Assembly: GCA_030265395.1 (NCBI GenBank)
Contig: JARFYF010000061.1
Coordinates: 19,991,542 to 20,055,541, forward strand
Direction: 5' to 3'
Length of the DNA: 64,000 nt
Source: Rhina ancylostomus
Taxonomy: Eukaryota
This document shows, piece by piece, positions 37,201-52,200 of this stretch. Under the pieces are notes generated by a model that worked only from the letters and a program-made list of their open reading frames with translations, did not search any database and had not been told where the DNA came from. A program made the translations under genes and the position numbers. Numbering within the stretch: position 1 is the stretch's first letter; each line of letters opens with the position of its first letter.

Positions 37201-40200
37201 GAACTAGAGGGTTCAGGTTTAATGTGAGGTAAGAGAAATTTAAGGAAAATCTGAGGTGTAACATAAAGGTGATGGTTATCTGGAATGAGCTGCCAGAGGA
37301 GATGGTCGAGGCAGATACAATTACAAAGTTTAAAAGGCATTTAGACAGGTTATTAGATGGGAAAGCATAAAGGGATAGAGGGATTAATGTAGGTGGCGAG
37401 GTCTGTTTTTTGTGTTGCACAATTCTATGATTCTATGAAACGCAGGAAGTGGCAGGGCAAGGTAAAGGGCATCACAAGAGAAGAGTGGGACAGCAGGAAA
37501 ACAATAAGGTGGCAGTAAGGAGGGATGGAGGAATACAAATGGAAAAAGGGAAAGATGATAGACAGCAATTAAAAGGATGTGGTTTGTGAAGGGAAAGATG
37601 ATCGATAGAAGAAGGAAATTAAGAAGCGAGTTGAAATGAGAAGAGAATAAAGGTGAAAAGAGGGTAAAAGTGTGAAAAATAGCACTCTGCACTGAGTTTG
37701 ATTTTTAACCTGATTTCATACCCACTAAACCTGTGGTGACTGGCACATTAAATTTAAAGTTAACAATCAAACTTCGAATTTTAACCTTCAAACCACCTAA
37801 TGCTTCATGTAATCCTCATGATTTAATGGCAAATTAATTTGTTTCTTTTAGCTTAAGTGCTGCTGCACCAATCACAAAGGCAATAACATTACAGCATATT
37901 ACTGTCATAAACACAGTCAAATACCAGGAATAGTTTCAATGCTCATGTTTACAACAAATCTCCAAACTTCTTTACTGACTTTCATGTCCTGCAATCTGAC
38001 TACACTTAAATAAGTACATTTATCTATTTAGCATTTTAGGGGAGTTAAAAGGCACAGAAGCTGTAAAAGAATAGCAAAAATGGAAAATAACATTACATGA
38101 CCAACAAAAACACCTCATTTGTTTGAATTAGAAACCTTCAATTTCTATTATGTATTCAATGTATTTTGTTCCAATCAATGTTTCTCTCAGGCATATTCCG
38201 CTTCATCTATCCTATAACACCATTTGAAATGCATATACATGACTATCATGCTCCACTTCCAGTCACACTTTGAAACTGACCAAAAACCCACATCTGATCA
38301 TTTTGGCATTTTCGAAGTCATTCCAGTTCTCACCAGAAGTTCGCACATTAATTTTATGGAAATGAACAAGGAAACCATTTTAATACAGCTTTGATGAGCT
38401 CTCCTAATATCCAGAACATGTATGTTATTTGCAACAGACAGGTTATTGTGGGAAATCATTGTAATGACATAAAAATCATAAATATGACTTCTTACCAACA
38501 AAGAAGTCTTGACAGGGCTTGACTGTGGTGAGTTTTCCCCTGAGGACTTGTGGAATGAAGAACTGAGTTGAAGAGTCTTGGACTGACAAGAATGTGATGG
38601 CTGAAGTTTCCTATAAAGGAGACATTAGTTACAGATGACTAAAACTCTAATGTTCTATCAGAATATGCTTTCATGTTCAGTATCATACCAAAAAGTTGCA
38701 CAGTATTTGGTAAAGCAGAATCACAATATTCTTCTCACTGCTTAAATGGCCAATTTCCATAATACAAATTACTCTAAATAAGCCTCAAAATTACAATATA
38801 ACATGAAAGAGCTTTACAGATTCTTGCAATGAGAGCATGCTTTCAATATGAATATATATTTCACATTTCTGTAAGAAAGATGCAATATTTTTAAAGACCA
38901 AGTGATTTTAATAAGAAAACATTAATTTCTGAAATCATATCAACCAGTCAAGTCCTCTACATGATCTGCAGTCATCACCAAATCAATTGCAGCATGACAG
39001 GAATGCTGCAATTGATCTTAATGTTGTCAAGTCAGGGAGAAAGTCATTAGCATGATTCCCTGCTGAAAGTTTACATGTACAAGTTAGATCAAGACAGCAT
39101 CAGATTCTGTTGTGATGTAGCTAACCATACCTTCATATATTTTAACATACGTTACCAGCTTCAAAAAGAGGGAAGAAAACTGACAGTTTCAGGAAAAATT
39201 AAAGATGCTGATGATCATCAAAAGAGCAATTATAAGAGCTTTCATGATTGTAGCTAAAAGCTGCACTGCTTGCCAAGAACTGAGAACTAGGTTTCAAAGC
39301 TTGCTCTTATCAGGGATACTTATATTTATGGGGAGCAATGTGCCTTTAGTCGCTGGAGATAAACGCATATCATATGGGTTGTAGTTATCTCCTGATATTA
39401 ATGGAACCAAATTTGCAGATGAGTACAACCTGCAATTGATACTCTCAAGTTGACATTAGGCAACAAACAAGGAGTACATCCTCTTGAAGTGTAGCAGGTT
39501 GAATACACAGTATATTCCAATGCAAAAGTGCACTTAGTGCAGACTTAGGAATGAATTGAATACTTCCAAGTTTATATTTTGTTGTATTGCTATTTTAAAG
39601 TCTACAGCTTTCTGCTTTTCTTCGTTTCATGTCTGGTACTTTCCTAGTTAGCTCAGTATGATTTAATAAGAACATTATTGAGTCCAATCCCTTCTTTAAC
39701 CAAATATACTGAGCCAATATTCTTGTAAAAGTACTTAATCTTAGCTCCATTCAGAATTCCTTGGAAATAATGGAGGCTTCAAGACAATTTTGTTTGGATG
39801 TGAAACTACATTAAATGGATACTTCACAACAGTTTTCACAAATAAATATAGTAAAAATAAGTTATTTGTATCATTGAACTAATATGGCACAGAAGGTCAT
39901 CATTTGGTCCATTGAATCTTATTGACTCTCTATAGGGAAATCCCACTTCACAAGGCCACTAAGCTAATTTGTCTCTGTGTTCTTTCTACCAAAATATTAC
40001 GTCACATTTTTCTGCTTTAAATTTCTACTTGTAATCCATTACTGTGCCTCTTATTTTTTTCCACAACTTTCCATGATAACAAACAAAGCTGATACTTATA
40101 AACCATTCTGAAGATCCCATTTAAAAGAGTTAAAGAATAACAAGACCAAGTCAAATTGCATAAATCATTACTGTTAAGAGAAGGAACCTAATGCTGCTTT

Positions 40201-43200
40201 GCTTGATACTTTTTAGCATGTCATAAAAGCTAGAATGGAAGACAGAAAATGTATTCATAGCAAAACAGGAACCTGTTATATTATATAGTGGGTAAACACA
40301 GAAGAATTTGCACAGGATTCTGTAAATGAACATTGGAATGAGTAATCTTGTAAATATAGTTTATTTGGATTTTTTAAAGCATTCAAAGTTCATCATAATA
40401 GATTTGTAAAGATGGTTAAGACCCATGGAATAATCAGCTCTTTGGTTAGGTGTAGTGCTGAAAATTATTGTGCTTGTTTAAAATGGCATGAATTAGAGAC
40501 AGCAACAAAAGGCTGAGAAAGATATTAGATCACTTGTGAAAATAGCCTCCAAAACACATTTGGAAACCCTTGGGCCAAATTGTGCTTGATTTAGTCTGTA
40601 CTTTGCATTCACCTCCTGTGTGATCCCCACAGCCATACCAATCTTTTGTAGATCCACATGAATAACCAAGCCCCAGGCCTCACTGTTGTGATATTCCTCC
40701 ATACAGAGCAGATGCAACATGGCCCCACACTACATTAATGGTGTTTTGGCACTCTGATAATCAGACACAGTTGAAAACATTTAAGATTAAAATATTTGTT
40801 AAATAATACATTTAAAAACATTCAACTGAAAAAAAGTTTACCTATTAATCAAGATCAACAAATCAGAAAGGGTAGCCCACTACATATACCAATCATGAGA
40901 GGTCAGATATGAAATATACTGTATCTCTCAGATCAGCAAGAACATACTGCATCCTTGGACTCACTGCTGAGTCCAGTAGCACAGCGGGAGGTGATATATA
41001 TCAACACCTGACACTCCCAACTTCTGCCAGAAGTCAGGAACATGCTGACTCACAAAGAGGACCTTGCTGATGGTTATCTTCTGAACTACTAGCAAAAAAT
41101 GAGTACATTTTGATCTGTTAACTTAAAATAAATGAATACTAATGTGTTATTATTGGACAACAAATGTCCTACATGCACAAAATAGCCTTGACTTTTTAAA
41201 CAATCTCAGTATGAAAGGACATCGGATGCATTTGCATGAATTAGTAAATATTTCATTGGACAAAATTACTTTATGAAAATTTTAGGTGAGGCATGTTGCA
41301 TTGTCAACATGCAAAGAGAGCTCATTCTGAATCCAACCATACCATCTCTACACTGTGAGTGCATGATGTTGATGCCAGGAAAACAAAATGGAGAAGTGTT
41401 CCATTTCCCAACAAAGATAATATTCCTCAGCTTAACTTGCATAAAATAGGCTAAAGGGTGCAGAAACTGGCCAAAATAAATCTCAGCATTTATTGTGCAG
41501 AGATATTTGGAAATACTTAATTGACATGCACCTAATATTAATGTTACTAAACTAGATACCAAAGCTAAAATGAAAGCATATAAACTTCAACTTAATTGGA
41601 AACAGCTCAGTAATTGTACAAAACCTATAACAGAGTGAATACAGATTGTGATAGGAGGGTACATTTTGCACCCGTTGGGGTATTTCTTAGAGATAAACAC
41701 ACAACTGATATGTCTGCAGAAATGCATGCAATGTGGAAGTATGTAGCTTAAGCAAACTTTGAAGCATGAATGCTTCTTTTTGCTTTCTGAGGCTGAAAAG
41801 AAACTTTTCTTGTAGCTTCCATACACTTACGTAATGAAGATAGATCTTATTAAAATATATAGTATTTAGGAAAGTGGACACTGAGTATAGCACTGCAAAT
41901 CAACTAGCACTCCTATTACACATGTGCTAATTTTGGACATTAACTATACTATTCCATTGACATAGACCATTGACTAGCCAGTAGGTATAAAGAGGCAGAC
42001 TGTCTTAAGTATTCTCAGCAAATCCAGACAAAAACAAATTGATGTGGCAATGTGTTACTGGTATAAATCTTTGCAGATTTTCTGGTAAAGTGTATTTTTA
42101 CAGTAAACAGAGCACAGTCTTCTGACCAGAGTTACTGGAAAGTCCCAGGCTTGAGATTTATAAACTGCTATTNNNNNNNNNNNNNNNNNNNNNNNNNNNN
42201 NNNNNNNNNNNNNNNNNNNNNNNNNNNNNNNNNNNNNNNNNNNNNNNNNNNNNNNNNNNNNNNNNNNNNNNNNNNNNNNNNNNNNNNNNNNNNNNNNNNN
42301 NNNNNNNNNNNNNNNNNNNNNNNNNNNNNNNNNNNNNNNNNNNNNNNNNNNNNNNNNNNNNNNNNNNNNNNNNNNNNNNNNNNNNNNNNNNNNNNNNNNN
42401 NNNNNNNNNNNNNNNNNNNNNNNNNNNNNNNNNNNNNNNNNNNNNNNATGCATAAATTCTTAAAAGTATCTTTATTGTACTTTAACAATACTACTTCGCC
42501 ACTGATTATAATCCAGGCAATTTTACATCCATTAGAACTTGTAGGTGGTGACCTAAACAAAACAAAACTATTCATAACTGAAGAATAAACCAAAGCCACG
42601 TATTTACATACAGTTCTGCAATTTTCATTAGTGTGTTGTAACTCTGTAACACACATATTACCAAAACAATAAAGTATACCCAGTTTTAACACTCCACATT
42701 CCCCAAAGTCACTTGCCACAATCACATCAGTCTTGGCCACTAGAAATTGTTAACCTGCTCTTTTCTGCACCCTACTCAAAACACATGCTGACAAAACTGG
42801 ATGGGGCAGGATGGCAGGAAACTCCTGTGGAACACAAAAACACCAGGATAGAAGAGCCGGTCCAAAAGGCCTTTTTCTGTTATATATCTCATAACCCTCA
42901 GGATTCCTTTACTTTCTGCTAACCAAGGGCAACATTTCCAAAACTACAAAGTAAAACCTGTGCCAAGCCTCTCACTATCCTTCACCAAGAGAAATTGATG
43001 CTAAGACATTTAATCATCCAAAGTCGAGCATTCAGATCATCACTGCACTGTTATCAATATGACCTAATACTAATACATATCTAATGAATTAAAATGATTA
43101 GTTTTTGATTTTTGCTGCCTTTTCAATCAGAGTGCTATGATCAGCTATTACACAAAGGATAATATCAGCCTGGAAAATATCAATCCACTACCCTGAATCT

Positions 43201-46200
43201 TTTGTTTAAAAGGAGGAAACATGATTCAAACCTTTGAACAAATACATTATGTTAAATTCAGGTTGATTTGTATTAATCTGATATTTGATTGCAAGTTATT
43301 TTCTTATTAATTAATAATCCATTCCATTTCTCAGCTCAACCTGTACAGCACAATTATCAGTCAGTTCACTCAATTTCTGGAAAAGAAACCCAAAGCTAAT
43401 TTTCCAGATTTTTTTTCTTGGGCCAAAGGGTCTGTCACAATGTTGAGCAAAGAGCAAGCTCACAGAGAACCCAAATGCAGCACACTGGTACAAGACTGGA
43501 ATCAGGANNNNNNNNNNNNNNNNNNNNNNNNNNNNNNNNNNNNNNNNNNNNNNNNNNNNNNNNNNNNNNNNNNNNNNNNNNNNNNNNNNNNNNNNNNNNN
43601 NNNNNNNTCAAGCATGGAATCCATGTGCTGTACAACAAGGCATCAAAGGAGCCAAACTGAGGGCCAGTACTCAGAACCATGACAGGGTCTGTATCTGTGC
43701 TGCATTGCTTTGACTCTAAACACTTCCAGTAGATTTTGCAATAGAATTGCCTATGGTGAGTTTCAAGGAGAAAACATGCAAATCCTCATTGAATGATCTG
43801 GAAAACATTTTTGACGATGTGCTCAGATGATAAGTAGTTCCAGAAAAAAAATATGAAAATTGAATTGCAACCATTTTCAGTGGGTATTTGTTTACAGGTT
43901 AGCACGAACACCCAAAACATAGTCACTAAAATAACTGGGCATTCTTGCTTTAAGGAAACATTTTTGTGATGCACACATTTTATGAGACATTAAAACCCAA
44001 CCTGTGCTTGCTAGACAGGCTGAAACAATATCATTCCTGTGCACTCATGACAAACTTCTTCATGGCAGCCTCAAGATGAAAATAGGTGTGGGAGGGAGAA
44101 TATGGGGCTGGAGGAGGTGATGTCACACAAGTATCCCGAGGAGACTCCCTCAAGGCCGGTGGTCCCAAGGCCGATCCTGATCAACAGCAGCAACAGAGTC
44201 ACAGATCTGTGAGCTGCACTTATCAAGTTACAAAAGCCTCAATTTGTACCAGGGTCTGTTGACAATAATAGAAATAAAAATTGGAAGGGATGACTTTCAA
44301 CATATATAAGTGATATCCCAGGAAGACTCCATAAATCACACTTGCATAACTTTCAACATGACTTTGCACTCCTTTATTGACAGTGTGCTAATAATGAAAG
44401 TCATAAACCTGATTGAATTACTGTTGTGAAGTAAATAATAAGAGCTGTGCATGTTGATGATAAATGCACAACACAACAGGGAAATGATATCAGTGTCAGA
44501 GTGAATCATGCACAAAGTTCTTGACACAATATCCCATTGAGCAGCATTTCACCAGGAAATGTATGCAGACACTGTAAAAATGTACCCAAATTCAAATGTT
44601 ATGTGCTATTTACTTATTAAAAAATATGCATTAATGTGTATTTTCTTCCATTAATTTTCCTTACCCCCTTGAAAGCAAAACAAAAATATCAAATAGGTGG
44701 AATGATAAATTATTTAGGGTGTCTGTTTCATAATGAAAATTTAAAACTAGTTTCCCTCTTTCCTTCTTTATCAAATATCACAGCAACAATACACAGTATT
44801 ACTAAAAGAATTCTCCTTAAATAAGCATACATTTTAAACCTTGGTATAACATGGTGTTATAAACCACCTCTACTGTTAGTGAAACTAACATTTTACATAA
44901 TGTGCATGTGCACACATATGTCTCCATTCTATCTCCATTGCTGTACTCCAAAGCTATGATTTGTAGAACAGAACCCCAGTACTGGATTGCAGATACGGTT
45001 CCAGAATCTATTGTTCTCTCTGCAGTACCACTGTTGTCATAAAAACCTGTTATATTCTGCTGGAATATTACTGTCTTTCTGGAATAAAAATCCATATAAT
45101 CTAAGGTGACATGAAACTACTGTAGTATATTTGAAACTTTGATATAATGAGGTACATTATTTTGAAGTAGCACTCTACCAGAATTCAGGATTTTTAATTT
45201 GAAACAAAATACTATTATAATGGTAAGTGTAATAATTTCAAAATGTTTGTAAAAATCTATTGCCTGAGAGAATTTAAGACAATGGTTTAGAGGACAGTTT
45301 CAAAAAAAGTCCATCAATTTTGCTAGAACCTTTTATTATTGACAGGTTTTGTTACCTGCCCATTAATGACTTGGTTATCTGAGCCTGCTTTGCCTTTCAA
45401 TATCATGGCTGATCTTGTACCTCCATCTTCCCACATTATTTTCCATATCTCTTAATTCCTTCGAAATCCAAAGCCTAGTACCTCTACCCTAAATAAAAAC
45501 TGAACAGTAAATAGTTAAGAATGGAGCAGATGGAAGATAATGTAAAGCCATTGTTCTGAGACATTTTTTGTAATGTTGATGTTGAGAAGATCTGGGTTTT
45601 CTTGGGTGTAAATTGCAGAAAGTTAATGAACTGCTGCAGTCATGTTTATGAAAACAGATCTCATGTTGGCCTTCGTTTCAAAAGAATAGGAAGGTAAAAG
45701 AGCAACTTTCTTCTCAAAGTTATACATGGCTTTATTTAGAACATATCAAAAAGGCAGAAAATTCCAAGGATTCATTATGTTGTGAAGAAATTTCCCCTAT
45801 TTCTGTTCTAAATAGCCTTTATTCCGTAATTGCCACTCCTCATTTCAAAGTTCCCAGCTAATCAAAACAATGTCCAGCAAGACTTTTCAGATCCTTTAAG
45901 AAAATTGTTTCAAGAAGATCCTCTCTTAATTTTCTGCATTCTAGAAAATATGAACTCAGTCTACTCAGTTTTCTCTCATGCCAGAATACATCTAGTGCAA
46001 ACTCATCACACACTTGCAGACATATCCATCATAAATAGACCAAAACCATACACAGTAGCCTTGATATGCTCTAAATAAAGCCATGTATAACTTTGAGAAA
46101 ACAGTTGCTCTCTTACCTTCCTATTCTTTTGAAACGAAGGCCAACATGAGATCTGTTTTCATAAACATGACTGCAGCAGTTTGTTAACTTTCGGCAATTT

Positions 46201-49200
46201 ACACCGAAGAAAACCCAAATCTTCTCAACATTACAAAAAATGTCTCAGAACAATGTCTTTACATTATCTTCCATCTGCTCCATTCTTAACTATTTACTCT
46301 ATTAATCTCTAAATTCTTGCAGCCAGAATCCCTTCAGACCTTACCTTCCCACCTGATGGCTTAATTTAAATTATAGGCTCTTATCCTTATTAAGAGGCAA
46401 ATGTACACACTGAAAATTTAGCAGTGACTGCTAGTTCTTTCTTTCTTTGTTCATTTTTGGGATGTGGGTAGCCCAACTAACTGTGGCTTTTTTCCTCCTT
46501 ACCTTTGACCCATCCCTCAGTGGATCTGCTCCCCTCCTCCTTCGCACCTGCCTTTCACTACCTCTTACCTGTATCTACCTATCACCATCTTGTGCCCACC
46601 CCGCAGCCCCTCCCCACTTTTGTCCACCTATCACTGTTCTGCTTTTCCCTCCTATATAGCTGGCTTCCCTTTTTTTTAAATCTTCAATCCTCAAGAAGGG
46701 TCCTGACCTGAAACATTGACTGCTTACTTTTCCTCGATGCTGCCTGGCCTGCTGAGTTCCTCAGGGATCAGAGTGCTTTTCATCTAGATTCCAGTATCTG
46801 CAGTCCTTTATTTCTATAGTACTCACATTTATTCACATACCCAAATGTCTTTAAGGTGGTGGTGAGCCACCACCTCGAAGTGGTACAATTCATCTGCATT
46901 CGCACAATTCTTTTCAGTGGGGAATTCCTGGATTTAAACCCAGCAAGGAATGGCAATGTATTTCCTAGTCAGAATAATGAATGACTTGAAGGGGAAAGGG
47001 CAGGTGGTGGTTTGTCCATCATATGCTGCCGTTGTCCTACTAGGTGGTACAAACACTGTTTTGAGAGGGGTTCTTAGAGGAGATTTGCTAAGTTACTTCC
47101 TTGTTTTATTTTCTGGATTTAACGTTCTGCAGACCCAGTAAACCATATAAATATTTAGGTTGATGAAAGGAGTTCCAATCAAGAGAGATGCTTTGTGCTG
47201 GATGGTGCTGAGCTTAAGTATTGTTCCAGCCATATACATCTAGGCAAGTGGAGAATAGACTGTCAAACTCTTGTCATATCTTGTAGATTGTTGAAAGACT
47301 TTGTGGAATAAGGAAATGAGTCACTCTCAGCTCGATATCCAGCCTCTGACTTGCTTTTATTTATGTTGCTAAAATTTCTGGTCAATGAGGATTTTTGTGG
47401 CAAGGTGCTCAGTGATAGTCATGTCAATGAATGTTAAGAATAGCTGGTTGGAAATGGTACATCTAACTTACCACTGATTAATCCATGCCTAGACCCATAG
47501 CCAGGCTTTGCTTCATGCAGGAATGAGGTTGTTTTATTATCTTAAAAAAATCACTTCTGATAGTCTGAAGTGCAAGGTGCTATGAGGAAAATATATTCAA
47601 AGCAAATTCTAAAAAGAATTAGAGATTTACAGAAAACTACCTTAATAAGTGTCTCCGTATCAATTGCTTTTCTTCGTCATTGTAACCAGGCCAATCCTGT
47701 TGAATTTCCTTATAGAGCTCATCCTTTAGTGTGTAGCTGTTGTCCTTTACATTTAACTTTGCCACCTGTGGTGAGAGTAAAAAGTATGCTCAGAGAAAAA
47801 TAATTTTATTAAGCTTATATCAAAACAGACACTTTGAAATCATAATTTAATTTTTATCTGAATTAGAAGTACCTATTCACAGTATAATATTTATTTGGTC
47901 TGTGGAGTCAATTAAGGAAATTGATGATAATAAGACTTCTTTCCCTGCTCTTCTGTGAAGTTCCAGAGTATCTTCTTGCAAGTTTCAACAGAATAAGCAG
48001 TATTACAATAAAGCCTATTAAGTCTGATACCAATAAAATAAAATTATTAAATGCAAATTCAGCCAGAGAAAACAAAAAAAAACTCAAGTCAAATTCAGTA
48101 CTGGACTAAATCTAGAGATTATCTCCACCCCCCCCCCCTCCCGAGTTTAAATTCAGCAAACTCCTCATTCTACAATCCTGATCATTAATTGCATATTAGG
48201 AGATAGTACTAAATAAATGTTGTAATATAAAATATTTGAACCAGAAACCAGAAGGCATGCATTTAAGATAAATGTGAACAAATAGTGAGATCTTCTTTCA
48301 TCCAGAGAATCATTAGGTCAATATGCATTCACCCATGACACATTTAGCAGCCCACAACTGTTTTTTCTGAACTACAGAAAATCAGATCCAATAAATGATT
48401 TTCCCTTGGTGGCAAATTAAAATAATCTTAAATTGTTTCCATGTTTTAATCCAAATGACTTTACACAAAATACCTTGATGTTCATTTTCTGATCATCTTC
48501 ATACCATGAAAGCAATCCTATTTGAATGAGGAGTGCAATAAGTATATTATAAAATGGAGTAGAGGCCTAGAGCTACTTGGACATTAAACACAATTAACAC
48601 TCCAGAGCAAAGGACTGCAGCTTTACCATCTCTTCTTGTGGATGATAGCACCCAACTTAGCAACTAACTGCTAAAAGAAGCTTCATGAACACCCCATCAT
48701 GCTGAACTCCAAATTGTAAATGCAAAAGACAAATTACTGTGCATCTTCAGCCGAAAACATTTGATGATTTTATATCACCTCTCCCCAGAAGGGTCCTTCT
48801 TCAGTGGGTTAGCATCCAACTGATTTAGATTATGCACTGGAATTAGCCAATTCCCCAGCCAGGCTGTTCCAGCACAGTTACAGCATTGGCATTTACACAA
48901 CATGATGAATGCCTTGATGTACATTATCCACAAAAAACAGGATAAGTTTAATCTCCATCATTATATCAAAAATGGGGTTATCTCACCTCTGTTCAATATT
49001 CCAATGATTATAAATCTTGCCCTGGCATTCAATAAGAGGACCAGGATAATATTCAGACGACTCGAAAAATGGCAGATAGCACTTGTTAAGCAAGTGATGA
49101 CAACAAATAAAAGAAAGTCTAGGTCATATCCTTCGATGTAAGCCACTTCAAGTATCCCTATACAGTATACTAATTCAGCTAAATCCATGAATTAGATGTT

Positions 49201-52200
49201 TGCAAGGATCACAGCACTCTCTCACAATCAACACTACCATTAAGTGATCATTTTATCTCATGATTGATTGTGACACTTTGCACTGCACAAACATTTTGCT
49301 ATGTTTGCCTTCATAACCAGAACTACATTTAAAAATTGTTAGAAGTGCTTGGATACCCTAAGACATTGGTCTTCAAATGTGTCTGCACAATGTCAGAAAA
49401 ATTGCAATGCACATCAATGTAGTATTAAACTGCTTTGTGTAGAGAATTAACAGCAATCATTATTTGGGTACAGAATTTTTGATGCAAGGTTTCCTGGCAT
49501 TCAGCTTGTCCAAATAATGTCAAATTGTGTGTGACAAACTGACAGCCAAAATTCATCTCTGGTGGGGTATTGGTCGTGCTAGTAACTGTCACTGTTCACT
49601 CTCAGAAGAACTAGATTTTAAGAATGCCGAAGGCTCAAATTGATCATTACTCTCAGGGTCAGTAATGGCTAAAGTACTCGCTGACTCACTGCAAAACAAA
49701 CTTCAAAGCAGACTGATTGAAAACATGATCTTCGCCACTGTACTTCCACATGCTTTCAGCAGGCTTCCCATTAAAACTAAGAGGCCCAAAATGATCAAAG
49801 AATCCCTACAATTAAAAGCTTGTTCCATGTTTATCAAATGAAAAGTCAGTTAAAAAAGGAGCAAGACATCTAAAGAGGTGGAATCAAAAAGCCTTCTCCT
49901 TCATAAGGTAGTATCCTCTCACCAACATTTCCTTCAGGAATAATACTTCTGCAGCCTTCCCCTCTCACAAGTTAGTCCACACTCACAACTGTGAACTTTG
50001 GAAAACATCAAGTACAAGAAGCTACAAAATCAAGATCACCCTCAGTCTCAGAAACCTTGCTTCAGGGTCCTTTCAGGTTGCATCTGGTGATATAATCCAA
50101 ATGTAACGTCTTGCTGTTCACTGCTGCTTTGCAGAAGTCAAGCAAAACTCTTATCAGATTAGCATGGAATCTTCAAATATTAGTCAATGTAACTTTTACA
50201 TTCACACCTGTAAGGGGCATTTGGCTGCACTGCAGTTTCATAAAAGTGCAAGCGTTAGAGACATCTTCCTGGCTACCTCTTGCCCTTTGCACAAAGTTGA
50301 TGCTTCCAATGCACACTATTCTTCAGAGGTTTGTCCAGATTCCTTGGCTTCCCAAGAGAACTATGCCCATAGCCTCTCCTCTCCACTCCTCCCATCCACC
50401 ACCAGAATCACAATGGTATGCACATTTCTTGCCAAGACTCCACAGTAGCTGAAAGACTGCTGGTTATATTGCGGTGTCCCTTCTTAAGGGCTGCCTCCTA
50501 ATTCAGAGCTCTAAGGAGAGGTGCTACTAATCAAGGGAACTCAATCCCTAAAACCTGCCATTTTTGAAACTGAGTAGCATTATGTGACAGCTTGCTAGTT
50601 GTGTCTTGGAATTGGCACTGATGAATTTTGTGATTTTGGTTAGAACAATTTTCAAGAGATTGTTAATACTGTTTTTAGCTGCCATGTTCTTTACTGAAGT
50701 TTTAACATTTTATTTTTAATTCAGACATTTCAACTGCTAGTGAAAAAAATAGCAACCTCTTTTCAGAAGATACTTTCGGTGATTCAATTAGTTAATCAAC
50801 AAATTGAATCAAAGAAACTCTTCATGCTTAGAATTTCAGATAAAGAAAAATAGACAAGTAATTTATACCCTTTTAAATTAGGATTATTTTTATCAAAAAT
50901 TGCTAGAAAGACACCCACAATTGACACAGCAAGACATATGGACAGGAGAATGTGCCTTACATAAATTAATAAATATTTGAAATCAGATATTCCACAGAGC
51001 ACAAATGCTCTGTTTATAGGTTGTAGATACAGCTCAATCTTCACTTTACCAAAGTTACAATGAACCAAGGTTCAGCGGAATATTATCAATGATATAAAAT
51101 ATAAATTTCATCTCTAAGCTCTTAAGATCATTCTGATCACAAAACAGTTCAGATTGAAGATTTTGGTTCACAAAATAACAAAATTTTAGTGGTCTGCAAA
51201 TTATTTGTGCTGTCCACTCCTGTGCAAATATAAATGTATTAACTGTACCATATTATGCAAATTCCTATGTAAAAAACAAATTAAACCACTAGGCTATCTT
51301 CCTAGCTAATCAGAAAATATACTGTTTTATTTCAGGGCTTATACCATGCAACTGTAATTGGGTTATCTTGCTTTTATGGTGGAGCTGTGCTAAATATGTC
51401 CCTTTAAAGAGTACAAAATTCAATTTGTGATTCAACATATCCTGGGATCAATCGGAGACAATATTTCCCCCTTCTGTGGCACTTCTTAGGACACTTTCTG
51501 GTTGTACCCCTAGTTAAATTTTCTTGTTCTGTGAATCTATTTACATTAAGTATGTGATGGATTCAAGGCCTTCACAAATAAATGATATTAAATTTAACTG
51601 TCTATTTAAGCATCTACATTTAAAAGCAAAATTGATGCAATATCAGATGTACTAAGAATGTTGAGAGTATTGAAATGTTAAGAACACTTAATATATTGTA
51701 GAAAAGGTGGCTGAAATCTTGGCCATAATGATGGATAAAACTCTTACACAAGTAGAACTTGGCTTGGATTGACATAATAAAAAAGGTAAAACCGTGGGAG
51801 CATACTGGTAATGAAGTAATAGCATAACTACACTAGAATGAACAACAACAACACAGCAGTTTGAAATTTAATGAGTTAACTCTGTCTACCTTTGCAAATC
51901 CTGCCCAACCAGCTGAATAATACTAGCGATGCTTCTAACTCAGATCTATCAAGATGTGCAGCAATTATGTAAACACACACTGAAGAAGGAACCTGAAGCG
52001 GTTTACATCTACAAAATTGGTTATCCTGAAGGTGTCAGCTGAAGTAATTCTGAGTCAAATTGGGAACAGATGCATTGTTAACTGTTTTCAGATTAACTCT
52101 AAATCAAAAGAAGTGGACTGCCAAGTATCTACAATGGTGCTGATTTCAGCATGCAAATTAGTGAATATTCCTATGGGCAGGGAGATTCTTCCGCCATATT

